Sequence record: NC_054918.1
Length of the DNA: 64,000 nt
From: Escherichia phage vB_EcoM_G4498
Strand: one strand, 5' to 3'
The notes beneath the pieces are model-generated. The model worked only from the letters and a program-made list of their open reading frames with translations, was not told the origin of the DNA and ran no database searches. Positions 1 to 9,046 of the stretch are shown here, in pieces. Every line of letters begins with the position of its first letter. Positions within the stretch are counted from its first letter, which is position 1. A program made the translations under genes and the position numbers.

Positions 1-2178
1 TTAGGCCGCAAGGGCCTTCATAGTTTTAGCGATTTGGGAAACTTCATCATCACTCAAAGAGTTGCGATAACCGATGAAGTCGGAAACAATACGGAATTTC
101 TTGGTAAACTCAGCAACCATTTTATCACTGTTTTTTGAAGCATTATTTGATAATACATCAAAAAGATTAGTTACTGTCCAGATGTCATGACCGATGGTAT
201 CTTTTCCACCATTAAAATATACACCGCGCAATGAACTAACTATATTAGCGAGTCGTGTATATTCTTCAGAAACTTCATCTGTACTGAAGTACTTCATCAT
301 AAAATCTAGTTCAGGATACTTGATAATTTTATCAATATATCGTTGAGCTGAACTTGAATAACCTACGTACTTATCATAATCTACATCATCAAAAGCATCT
401 ACATATAAATCACGCAGAGTTTCAAAAATACATTGGCACTGACCGAGTTCTTTTACCTTTTTCTGCAAAAGCGGACGAATAACATAAAACTCATTAATGC
501 CAATAAGATTAGCCATACGAATCAAAATATTCATAGATGGATGACAAAGAGATGTAGTACCATCCATAGAGAAAATATCAGAACGATGCATATACGCTAC
601 ATACCCAGTAATTTCATCTGCTTCTGATGTGAGCGTAAATAATTCCTCTTTTTCCCAGCGCCCGTCTTTAATTTCAAACTTAAATGCTGTAGCAGCTTTA
701 GGACGAGAAGCTTTACTTTTAACTACCTTTGGAATATAGCTTTTAACTAAAGCTTCAATTTCTGACAAATAATGAATGTTAACTTCATCACTTTCAAACA
801 TCGCCATAATATCAGGAAGTAAATCAATCTGCGATTCTACTTCTGGATTAATAAACAGAAGACGCTCATTATGATGAATATTCAAAGTGTTATTAAATTC
901 ACTATCATCTAACGCTCGTGCTAATCCACGAACAATATTAACACGATTTTTAATATTATCAATAACGATATTAATTTTTGTTGTATTAATACCAAACAGA
1001 CGATAACTTGATGCAACGGCTGAAGTTTCATGACTTTGCTTAATGCGCTTCAGTCGAGGGTCAAGATTTACTTCATACACAACTCCTGCATTACATAACT
1101 TATTGTCAGGTTCAAACATGCTCTGCATCTTTTTATATGACAGATTTTTAGTCGTGAATTTGACTGAATTACTAATCATATAATCTCGAGCAGAATATCC
1201 CATCTTCATCAATTCACGATATGTGTGACGAGGAGATGTAGATTCTTTAAATCGTTTTACATCTTCATTAAATGCTTTCTCACTGAGTTCTTTAACTCGT
1301 TCAATAATATTTTTACGAGTACGATCATCTAGTGAAAGAGCTTCGCGTGATGGAGCAATATCAAGCGAACCCATTGGAAACTTAATGTAATTCACTTCAT
1401 TACGAATGCTTAGCCAGTTACGGTCTTTAATAACACCATCGATAGGATAAACAATACCGCCATAGATAGCATATAATCCACCACGATCAGGCCAGTATCT
1501 TTCTGGATTTATGCCGTAATAATCATCAAAATCCGGAAAATAATCAATTTCGCGGTCAAGACCATTAATGATAGCCAAATCTTTGAATGGTCGCATGATA
1601 TAAGAAACTTCATAAGCAAAGTTTCTAAAGTCTTTTTCTTCAACTGGAACTACGATTTCAATACCAGTTTTATCATCTGGACCCATTTCTTTTACGAATG
1701 TAGGTTTAATCTGTGGACCATCACCATCCATGTAAGCTACATAACCACGAATTTCACCTTTATGATACGAAGTAATACTAAATGTATCAGTATAACTAAA
1801 CGGAGATTTAGAACCTAAACCAAACCCGCCAATAAAGTCATTAGATTCAGCCTTAGATGAACTGAAGTATGAATTATATAACCCAGGAGAATTATCATCA
1901 CCCTGAATATCAAAATCACTCATACCCGGACCAAAATCTCGACAAACAAATCGCGGATCTAATCGTCCTGGAACTTGTATGATAAATTTTTCAGGATTTC
2001 CATTAAGTGCATGGGCATCAATCATATTAGTAATTAATTCACGGACTACTGCACGAATCTTGTTTGTATACAAATCAGATGACAGAATTTTAAATACTTT
2101 AGGAGATGCTGTGATGCTAAATGCTTTTGATTTAGAACCATTGCCAAGAATTGTTTCTTTTTCAGTGGTGATAATCAT
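1..2178 (-). CDS. rIIA: rIIA membrane-associated protein (rapid lysis / lysis-inhibition locus), complete 725 aa
   Basis: 725-aa ORF, same length as T4 rIIA and at the same genome position; stop codon is at window positions 1-3. Identified from memory of the T4 protein. Confidence 0.85.
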   Translation of the reverse strand: MIITTEKETILGNGSKSKAFSITASPKVFKILSSDLYTNKIRAVVRELITNMIDAHALNGNPEKFIIQVPGRLDPRFVCRDFGPGMSDFDIQGDDNSPGLYNSYFSSSKAESNDFIGGFGLGSKSPFSYTDTFSITSYHKGEIRGYVAYMDGDGPQIKPTFVKEMGPDDKTGIEIVVPVEEKDFRNFAYEVSYIMRPFKDLAIINGLDREIDYFPDFDDYYGINPERYWPDRGGLYAIYGGIVYPIDGVIKDRNWLSIRNEVNYIKFPMGSLDIAPSREALSLDDRTRKNIIERVKELSEKAFNEDVKRFKESTSPRHTYRELMKMGYSARDYMISNSVKFTTKNLSYKKMQSMFEPDNKLCNAGVVYEVNLDPRLKRIKQSHETSAVASSYRLFGINTTKINIVIDNIKNRVNIVRGLARALDDSEFNNTLNIHHNERLLFINPEVESQIDLLPDIMAMFESDEVNIHYLSEIEALVKSYIPKVVKSKASRPKAATAFKFEIKDGRWEKEELFTLTSEADEITGYVAYMHRSDIFSMDGTTSLCHPSMNILIRMANLIGINEFYVIRPLLQKKVKELGQCQCIFETLRDLYVDAFDDVDYDKYVGYSSSAQRYIDKIIKYPELDFMMKYFSTDEVSEEYTRLANIVSSLRGVYFNGGKDTIGHDIWTVTNLFDVLSNNASKNSDKMVAEFTKKFRIVSDFIGYRNSLSDDEVSQIAKTMKALAA

Positions 2179-2188
2179 AATTTCCTCA

Positions 2189-2392
2189 TTAATTCATATT
2201 ACGCTTAATAACTTCAGCAACTTCTAGTAATTCATCTTTAGTTGCAGTGTCGGATTGAATTTTATCTCTAATATCTTTAAAGCGGTTTTTAAATTCTTCG
2301 GCTTCTCCCATATCGAAAAAGCGTTGAATGATTCTATATTCTCGATGAACTGCTTTATCAAAAAGTTCTAAATTTACTTTATATGATTTCAT
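2189..2392 (-). CDS. small hypothetical protein (rIIA.1 position)
   Basis: 67-aa ORF directly downstream of an early promoter and upstream of rIIA; synteny only. Confidence 0.5.
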   Translation of the reverse strand: MKSYKVNLELFDKAVHREYRIIQRFFDMGEAEEFKNRFKDIRDKIQSDTATKDELLEVAEVIKRNMN

Positions 2393-2414
2393 TTCAATAT
2401 CCTCATTTGCCCAA

Positions 2415-2448
2415 TTAATTATACCACATCCTTGTGGTAAAGTAAACT
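2415..2448 (-). promoter_or_regulatory. early (sigma70-type) promoter
   Basis: Minus strand reads GTTTAC-N17-TGGTATAAT (plus strand: attataccacatccttgtggtaaagtaaac). Confidence 0.7.
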
Positions 2449-4267
2449 ACTGGCTCATCCATTCTTTACGAAGGTCAGCATTATCTCCCATGAGCATTTC
2501 AAAAAGCTCTTTCCAGTTCTCAGGAAGTTTAACAACATCATATACTGGATTTTGAATCATCTCACGATATTCAGATTTTTCCAAAGAGCCAAGTCCTTTA
2601 ATATAACGGATGCTATGTTTAGGTAGAGCATCTTTAGCACTCTCATATTCAGCGACTGTATAAAACCATTCTTGTTTTTTACCAATCTGTGCGATGATTA
2701 CAGGAGTTTTGACAAAGCGAATTCGTCCTTGCTCAAACAGTTCTGGCCAATTACTAAAAAATCCAAGCAGAGAAGGATAAATGCTTCCTAGACCATCATG
2801 GTCAGCATCAGTCATAATAGCAATATTATGATAATTCAAGTTTTCAGCTTTTTCACCGAGAACTAATCCAGTGATTGCGCAAATATCAAACAGTTCTTTG
2901 TTTTTAAGCATGTCAGCATATGACATACCCCAACTGTTGAGAACTTTACCACGTAATGGATAACCACCGTGAAGTTCTTTATCACGAACATCAATAAGAT
3001 ATCCGATAGCCGAATCACCCTCAGTCAAGAAAAGAGTAGTATCAGCATCTTTACCACAAAGATTCGCTTTAATATGTTTATGAACCTTAGCTTTAGAAGC
3101 CTTTTTAGCTGCTTTAGTTTCTGCTGCTTTTTCTGCCGCCAATTTACGAGCCAAAGCAGCTTCAATAATCGGCATTAGAATTGCTTCATTATTTAGAATA
3201 GCGCGTGAAATCTTTTTAGCATCAAGTTGAATATGACTACGAATTTCGCCAAATGGAGAAGTCAAACGCTCTTTAGTTTGAGAATCAAATCGCATGTTTT
3301 TCATATCACGAACAAACATAACGATAGTCAAACATTCTTTAACACGCGCTTTAGTTACATCAATTTTGAACTTACGTTTGATTTGTGGAATAAGGTCTTC
3401 ACAAATATCATCCATAACACAGTCAATGTGATGGCCACCATTCTTAGTGTGAATGTTATTGACGTATGTTAATTGACGAAAACCATCCGGTGAACGACCA
3501 ACCGCAATAGAACAATTTTCTTGTTCTTGAACAATAGCATGCTCATCATATTGGCGTGCATATTTCTTAAAATTGCCCTGAACCTTTTTACCATTAAAGG
3601 TAAATTGAATATCAGGATAAACAACAGCAAGTGTCTGGAGACGATCTAATGTAATGTCAAGATAAACTTGAGATAATTCATTAGTTTCAAATGACATAAA
3701 ATCTGGAATGAAAGTAACACGAGTTCCTTTCCATTTTCCAGGAATAGTTTCCCATGATTTATTTTCCATGCCATTTGAACAACGAACTACAATATTATTT
3801 TGACCATCGCCAGTTTCACCGACAAACATCACAGAAAAAATGTTAGTTAAACTAGAACCAACACCATTCATACCACCGGTGACGCGTTCTTTATCATCAC
3901 CAAAGTTACCACCTGCTTTTGGAATAGTCCACGCAGCAACTGGACCAGGAATTTCTTCACCGGTAGGTGTTTTGACCATCGCTTGTGGAATACCACGACC
4001 GTTATCTTCAACTGTTACTTGATTGTTTTTAATAGTAACATTAATTTTATTTGCGAATTTAAACTTAGTACGAATACCTTCATCTACTGAGTTATCGATA
4101 ATTTCATCAATAAGCTTAACAAGACCAGGTACATACTGAACACTTTCCCATTTACCAAACAGAAAGCGCTCATGCATTTCATTAGCGGAAGAGCCAATGT
4201 ACATGCCGCTACGCTTTTTGATATGTTCAATATCGCTCAGAATTTTAATTTCATTCTTAATCATCAC
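2447..4267 (-). CDS. 39: DNA topoisomerase II large (ATPase, GyrB-like) subunit, unsplit 606-aa form
   Basis: 606-aa ORF with GHKL ATPase region (EDNGRGIP, GGMNGVGSS) and TOPRIM-like region (LFLTEGDSA, DADHDG); single continuous frame. Confidence 0.9.
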   Translation of the reverse strand: MMIKNEIKILSDIEHIKKRSGMYIGSSANEMHERFLFGKWESVQYVPGLVKLIDEIIDNSVDEGIRTKFKFANKINVTIKNNQVTVEDNGRGIPQAMVKTPTGEEIPGPVAAWTIPKAGGNFGDDKERVTGGMNGVGSSLTNIFSVMFVGETGDGQNNIVVRCSNGMENKSWETIPGKWKGTRVTFIPDFMSFETNELSQVYLDITLDRLQTLAVVYPDIQFTFNGKKVQGNFKKYARQYDEHAIVQEQENCSIAVGRSPDGFRQLTYVNNIHTKNGGHHIDCVMDDICEDLIPQIKRKFKIDVTKARVKECLTIVMFVRDMKNMRFDSQTKERLTSPFGEIRSHIQLDAKKISRAILNNEAILMPIIEAALARKLAAEKAAETKAAKKASKAKVHKHIKANLCGKDADTTLFLTEGDSAIGYLIDVRDKELHGGYPLRGKVLNSWGMSYADMLKNKELFDICAITGLVLGEKAENLNYHNIAIMTDADHDGLGSIYPSLLGFFSNWPELFEQGRIRFVKTPVIIAQIGKKQEWFYTVAEYESAKDALPKHSIRYIKGLGSLEKSEYREMIQNPVYDVVKLPENWKELFEMLMGDNADLRKEWMSQ

Positions 4268-4289
4268 TTATCCTCGTTTGGTTTCGGGA

Positions 4290-4316
4290 ATATTATACTC
4301 CGGTAATCATAAAGCT
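4290..4316 (-). promoter_or_regulatory. putative MotA-dependent middle promoter for gene 39
   Basis: Minus strand: aGCTTTA (MotA-box-like) - 12 bp - TATAAT inside GGAGTATAATAT; sits just downstream of a terminator hairpin. Confidence 0.45.
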
Positions 4317-4335
4317 AAAGGCCCGAAGGCCTTTT
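4317..4335 (-). terminator. GC hairpin with CGAA/UUCG loop between 39.1 and 39
   Basis: aaaGGCCcgaaGGCCttt, flanked by a U-run on the minus-strand transcript. Confidence 0.55.
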
Positions 4336-4603
4336 ATTTAAAACGAATAGTCGAATCCTTGAAGAATAGTCCAGAACATACTGTTCCTTCTACTTTCTGC
4401 CCAGTAGGTCCAATAGCACGAAATCCAGTATGTTGGAAATCATTTTCAGAACAACCGAACCAGTTATATCCAGTGATTTCAATATTAGTAAAACCGCTTG
4501 AAGACAAAACTTTGGTTGCATTATCAGCATCAGTACATCCTACTAAAGACACTGCTAATACTAATGCCGCGATAGAACGATTAATATATTTCATAATTTT
4601 CAC
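4334..4603 (-). CDS. small lipoprotein (39.1 position)
   Basis: 89 aa; N-terminal signal peptide with lipobox LVGC. Confidence 0.55.
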   Translation of the reverse strand: MKIMKYINRSIAALVLAVSLVGCTDADNATKVLSSSGFTNIEITGYNWFGCSENDFQHTGFRAIGPTGQKVEGTVCSGLFFKDSTIRFK

Positions 4604-4971
4604 TTAAATTTAATGGCTTGAAGAAGACTAATAATTCTCAAGCGACTTCCTTCATCTTTAACTGTAAAAGAAAGAGGGTCACCAGATTTCATAGTGATAG
4701 TGCATTCAAAAGCAAAACCTTCGGGAACTTCTTCGAAGAAGTCAAATTCTTCATCATAAATTAGAACATTACTCTGAAAACTGTGAAGAATTTTTCCGTC
4801 ATTTCCAGATGCTGTACTAATCATTGTAACATTATTACCTTTCATATCTTCAACGATAAATTCGCTTGTAGATATTACAGCATTAATAGAACCATTCCTA
4901 TAAATAGCAGAAAATAGATATTTCTTTTCTTCACCTTCGCGAATGCGATATTTCTTACCGATTTTAAACAT
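4600..4971 (-). CDS. hypothetical protein (39.2 position)
   Basis: 123-aa ORF, start overlaps upstream stop; synteny. Confidence 0.5.
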   Translation of the reverse strand: MFKIGKKYRIREGEEKKYLFSAIYRNGSINAVISTSEFIVEDMKGNNVTMISTASGNDGKILHSFQSNVLIYDEEFDFFEEVPEGFAFECTITMKSGDPLSFTVKDEGSRLRIISLLQAIKFK

Positions 4972-5152
4972 AATTACCCTTTAAGTAAGTCGTAAAATCC
5001 GCCATTCACATGCTTAGGGGCAGAGACTAACCGAATAGCAATCCGATGACAATCAGGACATACATCAGTATCTCTTTCAGAAATTTTCTTGATTTTTTCG
5101 TATTCTTTTGCGCAGTCTTTTGATTGACATTTATAATCATAAAGCGGCATAA

Positions 5153-5566
5153 TTATTCCTTAAAGTGAGCTTTCAACATCTGATACAAGGACCATGCCTG
5201 TTCATCATTTTCAATAGTAACTTTCATTACAGGGAATTTAGATTGATCAGTTATCGGTGCAGATTCTTCCTGCTCTTCAGCTGCCTGGTATGGATTTTCA
5301 ACTTCATTAAAGAATTCAGCTTCATTCGATGAAAGCCAAATAAAATCTTCATCCAAAATATCTTTACCAGAAGATAGTACTAAATTTCCAGCAAATGACA
5401 TAATTTTAATAGGACGCCCAAGAGCATCCACATCTAAAATTTTAAAAGGATGCATACCTAAACGGCGTGCATAGATTCCGTTATCAGTATGGTCTTTAAT
5501 AAAATTTTCTTGAGCTTGTTTATTTTTAAATTGATACCATTTATTAACTTCAAATTTAATAGCCAT
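5153..5566 (-). CDS. hypothetical protein (goF/comC-alpha position)
   Basis: 137-aa ORF; size and position resemble T4 goF, sequence not verified. Confidence 0.45.
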   Translation of the reverse strand: MAIKFEVNKWYQFKNKQAQENFIKDHTDNGIYARRLGMHPFKILDVDALGRPIKIMSFAGNLVLSSGKDILDEDFIWLSSNEAEFFNEVENPYQAAEEQEESAPITDQSKFPVMKVTIENDEQAWSLYQMLKAHFKE

Positions 5567-5781
5567 TAATAAATTTCCTTCCAGTAAGTTGTACCATCTT
5601 CAGTGATTTCACGAAATACACCGTAAATTGGTTGTTTATCCCCAACCTTTTCATACACATAAACCGAAGTCAAGTGAGTAAACTTAGCAGTGTGTTCCTT
5701 TTGAACTACTACCAAATCTGGATCGAATAACACATCTTCAAATTCGTCATTAGTGCAGTTCTGAACAATTTTACGTTTCAT
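5566..5781 (-). CDS. small hypothetical protein (cef position)
   Basis: 71-aa ORF with SD GAGGAAA upstream. Confidence 0.45.
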   Translation of the reverse strand: MKRKIVQNCTNDEFEDVLFDPDLVVVQKEHTAKFTHLTSVYVYEKVGDKQPIYGVFREITEDGTTYWKEIY

Positions 5782-5880
5782 TACAATTTCCTCGTTAATT
5801 GAACATTGGAGCGATGCGTTTCAGAAGAGTAGCAGCACCTTTGGCAAATTTTCCATTTTATTCTCCAAGTTATTTTCTGT

Positions 5881-5923
5881 ATCAGTAGTTGATATTGATA
5901 TAGTACCATAATCAACTACTGAT
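5881..5923. repeat. 13-bp perfect inverted repeat (atcagtagttgat / atcaactactgat) bracketing a promoter -10-like core
   Basis: Arms at 5881-5893 and 5911-5923 with a 17-nt spacer containing tatagtacca; lies in a 170-nt ORF-free gap. Confidence 0.6.
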
Positions 5924-5952
5924 GTATATAGTTTTATGAAAAATTTTAAACT

Positions 5953-6444
5953 TTATGCATAGCGAGCTTTGCTGTAGTGTTTAATCCAACTTTCAGGAAT
6001 GACTTTGTATGTTCCTAAAAATACCGCGTTGTATAACTTAACGCCATCTTCTACCCATTGATCAGTAATGTATGCACACATAGCGCGAGTACGGTTAACA
6101 ACACCTTCCTCACCTTCAGTAAATTCAAACTCATAAGGAGCAACGAACTTGATAGCTTGACCGAGTTTCCACTTAAAGTCTACACCTACATGCGAAGTAT
6201 CAATCGTTTCAATTCCTTTAGCGGGAACAGCTTTCAAAAACGCAGGCTCAAGAAATTTCCATCGAACATAACCAAACTGAGGTTTAGACATTCCATCTTT
6301 AGGAATGATACGCACTTTTACTTCAGAATCTTCATCTTTAACACCATGTTTAAGCTGAATGCTTACGACTTCAACCAATTTTCCTGCTGCTTTAGAACGG
6401 GATTTATCAGATACACGAGCAATTTCACCGATATTAATATTCAT
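5953..6444 (-). CDS. motB: MotB-like protein
   Basis: 163 aa (T4 MotB is 162 aa) at the syntenic position; sequence identity not verified. Confidence 0.5.
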   Translation of the reverse strand: MNINIGEIARVSDKSRSKAAGKLVEVVSIQLKHGVKDEDSEVKVRIIPKDGMSKPQFGYVRWKFLEPAFLKAVPAKGIETIDTSHVGVDFKWKLGQAIKFVAPYEFEFTEGEEGVVNRTRAMCAYITDQWVEDGVKLYNAVFLGTYKVIPESWIKHYSKARYA

Positions 6445-6520
6445 AATTATCTCTCACTTGTTAAAAAGATTTTATACTCCGCAGGACCATTATACTCTGG
6501 TCCCAAGAGTTTGTAAACTA

Positions 6521-7063
6521 TTAATTCAAAATAGCTACCACTGCACTACGAGGTACTACACTAAAATCACCTGCATGAACAACGTTCAGAAGTTCAACAC
6601 CATCTTCAATCCACTGGTCTGTTACCCAACCACAGACCGAAATAAATGGGGTCTTGATAGCTACAGCACGAGTTAGAAGGTCAGTAGGATCGCATTCTTG
6701 GAAGAGGATAAGCTCTGCTTCAAAGACTATAGTTTTAATTACTTCATCATTATCTAAGCGTTGTGCTCGAATCACATAAGCTTTATTCTTATCATGCCAA
6801 TTACTTTTTGAAAAACTTTTAACCACAAACTCGCCTTCACCCAAAACACTGGTCAATGCTTTATAACCCAAACTTAGTTCAGTAGTTTTAATTTCAGTTT
6901 CAACCAGTTTGTAGGTTTTGCCAATTTCGATGGTTCGAGCAGTCATAAAGGTTTCCTTAATTTCTAATGGTTTAACAAGAGTGCCGTACATGCTTGCTAT
7001 ATCCATATCAAATATTTTATCTATAGGATTTGGGGTGTATTCAGGATTATAATTAAATTTCAT
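6521..7063 (-). CDS. MotB paralog (hypothetical)
   Basis: 180 aa; C-terminal segment CGWVTDQWIEDGVELLNVVHAGDFSVVP parallels CAYITDQWVEDGVKLYNAVFLGTYKVIP of the neighbouring ORF. Confidence 0.5.
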   Translation of the reverse strand: MKFNYNPEYTPNPIDKIFDMDIASMYGTLVKPLEIKETFMTARTIEIGKTYKLVETEIKTTELSLGYKALTSVLGEGEFVVKSFSKSNWHDKNKAYVIRAQRLDNDEVIKTIVFEAELILFQECDPTDLLTRAVAIKTPFISVCGWVTDQWIEDGVELLNVVHAGDFSVVPRSAVVAILN

Positions 7064-7065
7064 AA

Positions 7066-7566
7066 TTATCTCATTTCAATAAAATCTACAAGTTCAGCAT
7101 GGGATTTGCGGAACATTACTTGGTGCCCGCCAATGATAACTTGGTCATCTGGCACTTCGTATACAGCAAGATAAAATCCTTTAGAAGATAATTCTTCACG
7201 CTCTTCTCGTGTGAACCATCTCATCATATCATATTCACTAGCGAAAGCAAAATGATAAAGAGCTATAAACCATCCTGGAATATGATATTCTACTCCAACA
7301 TAATCTTTCTTGAACTTAGTATTAATTGCTGTATTAGCGTTTTTAACTAATAGTTTATCTTCATGCGGTACAGGAATTCTTTTATTATTATCGCTATGAT
7401 GCATAAAATTAGGTCTGTCATAACCTACGCGTAATAACCACTCTTCGCTCCATGAATCTATTATACTCCTGTATGGTGTTATTTGAACACAAAGATTTCG
7501 ACGCATTGTTATAGCATCTTCACAATTAAGAATACTAAAAGATGATTCAACACGATAAATTTTCAT
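7066..7566 (-). CDS. hypothetical protein
   Basis: ORF track gives 7066-7605, but that start lies inside the upstream promoter; ATG at 7566 (MKIYRVESS...) with SD GAGGAT is the likely start. Confidence 0.5.
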   Translation of the reverse strand: MKIYRVESSFSILNCEDAITMRRNLCVQITPYRSIIDSWSEEWLLRVGYDRPNFMHHSDNNKRIPVPHEDKLLVKNANTAINTKFKKDYVGVEYHIPGWFIALYHFAFASEYDMMRWFTREEREELSSKGFYLAVYEVPDDQVIIGGHQVMFRKSHAELVDFIEMR

Positions 7567-7589
7567 TTTATTATCCTCAGTAGCTATGG

Positions 7590-7625
7590 TGTTATAGTAC
7601 CACAACTAACCGAGGAAGTAAACAA
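7590..7625 (-). promoter_or_regulatory. early promoter
   Basis: Minus strand GTTTAC-N17-TGGTACTATAAC. Confidence 0.6.
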
Positions 7626-7629
7626 CTTT

Positions 7630-8313
7630 TTATCGTTTTGTTGGAAGAGACAGAGGATCGCACTCTTCCTCTGACGGAGCATCTTCAAGACCCATAGCAT
7701 ATCGCAAAGCGTACTTCATCATCAGGATGTCTTTCGCACAGTCATGAATAGAATCATGTGCAACGAATCCATCTAAAGTTCCCTTTGGAAGAGGACATGT
7801 GGTCATATCACGAACAAGCAGAAGTGCTTCAATTCTGGTACGAATATCACGCTGATTCCAGAATTTACATGGTTCTAACTTAAATGTGTCAAGCTCATTC
7901 TCAGATACACCATTAAGGCGTTGAATATCACGAATGAGATCGACTAAAATTGGAAAATCAAACGACATTCCACGGCACCAGCCTTGAGATTTCCAAGGAT
8001 CGATATTATGTGCATTGATGTAATCATTAAATTTCGCAATACCGTCGATAGTGCTTACATCTTCATCGGACGGTGCAATATTTTTTCGAGCTTCAGGAGA
8101 TTGATTCTTCCACCATTCGATAGTACTTTTAGTAAAAAGACGATGTCCTTTTTGGCTTTTTAAATCAAATTTGATTTTAATGCCACGTGAAACTAATTCA
8201 TCGAATGTTTCAACCACTTCTGGATTAGGGTCAAAAGCAATTACAGCTAAATCAATAACCGCTGCTTTTTCACCGCTTCCCATTGTTTCAAAATCTATAA
8301 TAAAATCAAACAT
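7630..8313 (-). CDS. dexA: exonuclease A (DnaQ/DEDD-like 3'-5' exonuclease)
   Basis: 227 aa (T4 DexA length); N-terminal FIIDFETMG exonuclease motif I. Confidence 0.8.
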   Translation of the reverse strand: MFDFIIDFETMGSGEKAAVIDLAVIAFDPNPEVVETFDELVSRGIKIKFDLKSQKGHRLFTKSTIEWWKNQSPEARKNIAPSDEDVSTIDGIAKFNDYINAHNIDPWKSQGWCRGMSFDFPILVDLIRDIQRLNGVSENELDTFKLEPCKFWNQRDIRTRIEALLLVRDMTTCPLPKGTLDGFVAHDSIHDCAKDILMMKYALRYAMGLEDAPSEEECDPLSLPTKR

Positions 8314-8570
8314 TAAATTTTCCTCGCTAAATCACGAATTTGACCTACAGTATAGTCTTGAATATAAACTTTATTAATAGGCTCATCAATAAATTTTGCC
8401 ATAGATTCAATATCTTTTTGTATCTCTTCAAGACTGTATACTATCTTTAAAGCTTTTTCGCGAATAGTAACATTATCAGGTCCTGAATTTTCTTGAATGA
8501 CAGCTTTAACATTTGCCATAAGAGATTTAAACTGGTACCAACTTAATTCAATCATTAATAATCGCCTCAT
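8313..8570 (-). CDS. small hypothetical protein
   Basis: 85 aa; paralogous to the adjacent 8548-8808 ORF. Confidence 0.45.
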   Translation of the reverse strand: MRRLLMIELSWYQFKSLMANVKAVIQENSGPDNVTIREKALKIVYSLEEIQKDIESMAKFIDEPINKVYIQDYTVGQIRDLARKI

Positions 8571-8808
8571 AAAGATAGCTAATTTCGCCTAAAACGTAAT
8601 CATTGATTGTAACAGTTTTCACTTCACCACAAAAGAATTCTAACGCAATTAAATCTCGTTCAATTTCTTCTAATTGAAGCATCAACTTACTAGATTCAAT
8701 TTTTACAGTTTCACGATTTTTACCATGAGCAATTTCATAAATTTCGCTAACTTTATCCTGAAGAAGATAAAACTGATCTTTAGTTATTTCCACGAATAGC
8801 TTCCTCAA
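8548..8808 (-). CDS. small hypothetical protein
   Basis: 86 aa; shares N-terminal pattern MRxL...QF and central EEIxxDL with the 8313-8570 ORF. Confidence 0.45.
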   Translation of the reverse strand: MRKLFVEITKDQFYLLQDKVSEIYEIAHGKNRETVKIESSKLMLQLEEIERDLIALEFFCGEVKTVTINDYVLGEISYLYEAIIND

Positions 8809-9040
8809 ATTTAATTAGTAATTTACAGACACTTTCATCTAGTGTAATTACCGTATCTGTATTACTGTGATATGATTGTTTTTCAATTCGTTTAATTGCT
8901 AATATAGTATCACTTATAAGATAAAGCTTATGAAGGAGCTCAGCTCCTGTTACCATAACATTAAGATTATCTTGCTTATTAGTATGCTTCCTTATACCAT
9001 CTATTAGACGATTTAAATATTTTGAATTGATGTTAATCAT
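8780..9040 (-). CDS. small hypothetical protein
   Basis: 86-aa ORF between dda and dexA. Confidence 0.45.
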   Translation of the reverse strand: MININSKYLNRLIDGIRKHTNKQDNLNVMVTGAELLHKLYLISDTILAIKRIEKQSYHSNTDTVITLDESVCKLLIKFEEAIRGNN

Positions 9041-9046
9041 ATATCC

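Noticed and set aside
433-627. Plus-strand 64-aa ORF inside rIIA (similar antisense ORFs at 1979-2227, 2969-3178, 3227-3472, 3840-4022, 4197-4607)
   Set aside because: Lies antisense within well-supported long minus-strand genes, has no SD or promoter, and is low-complexity AT-rich translation; consistent with chance ORFs.
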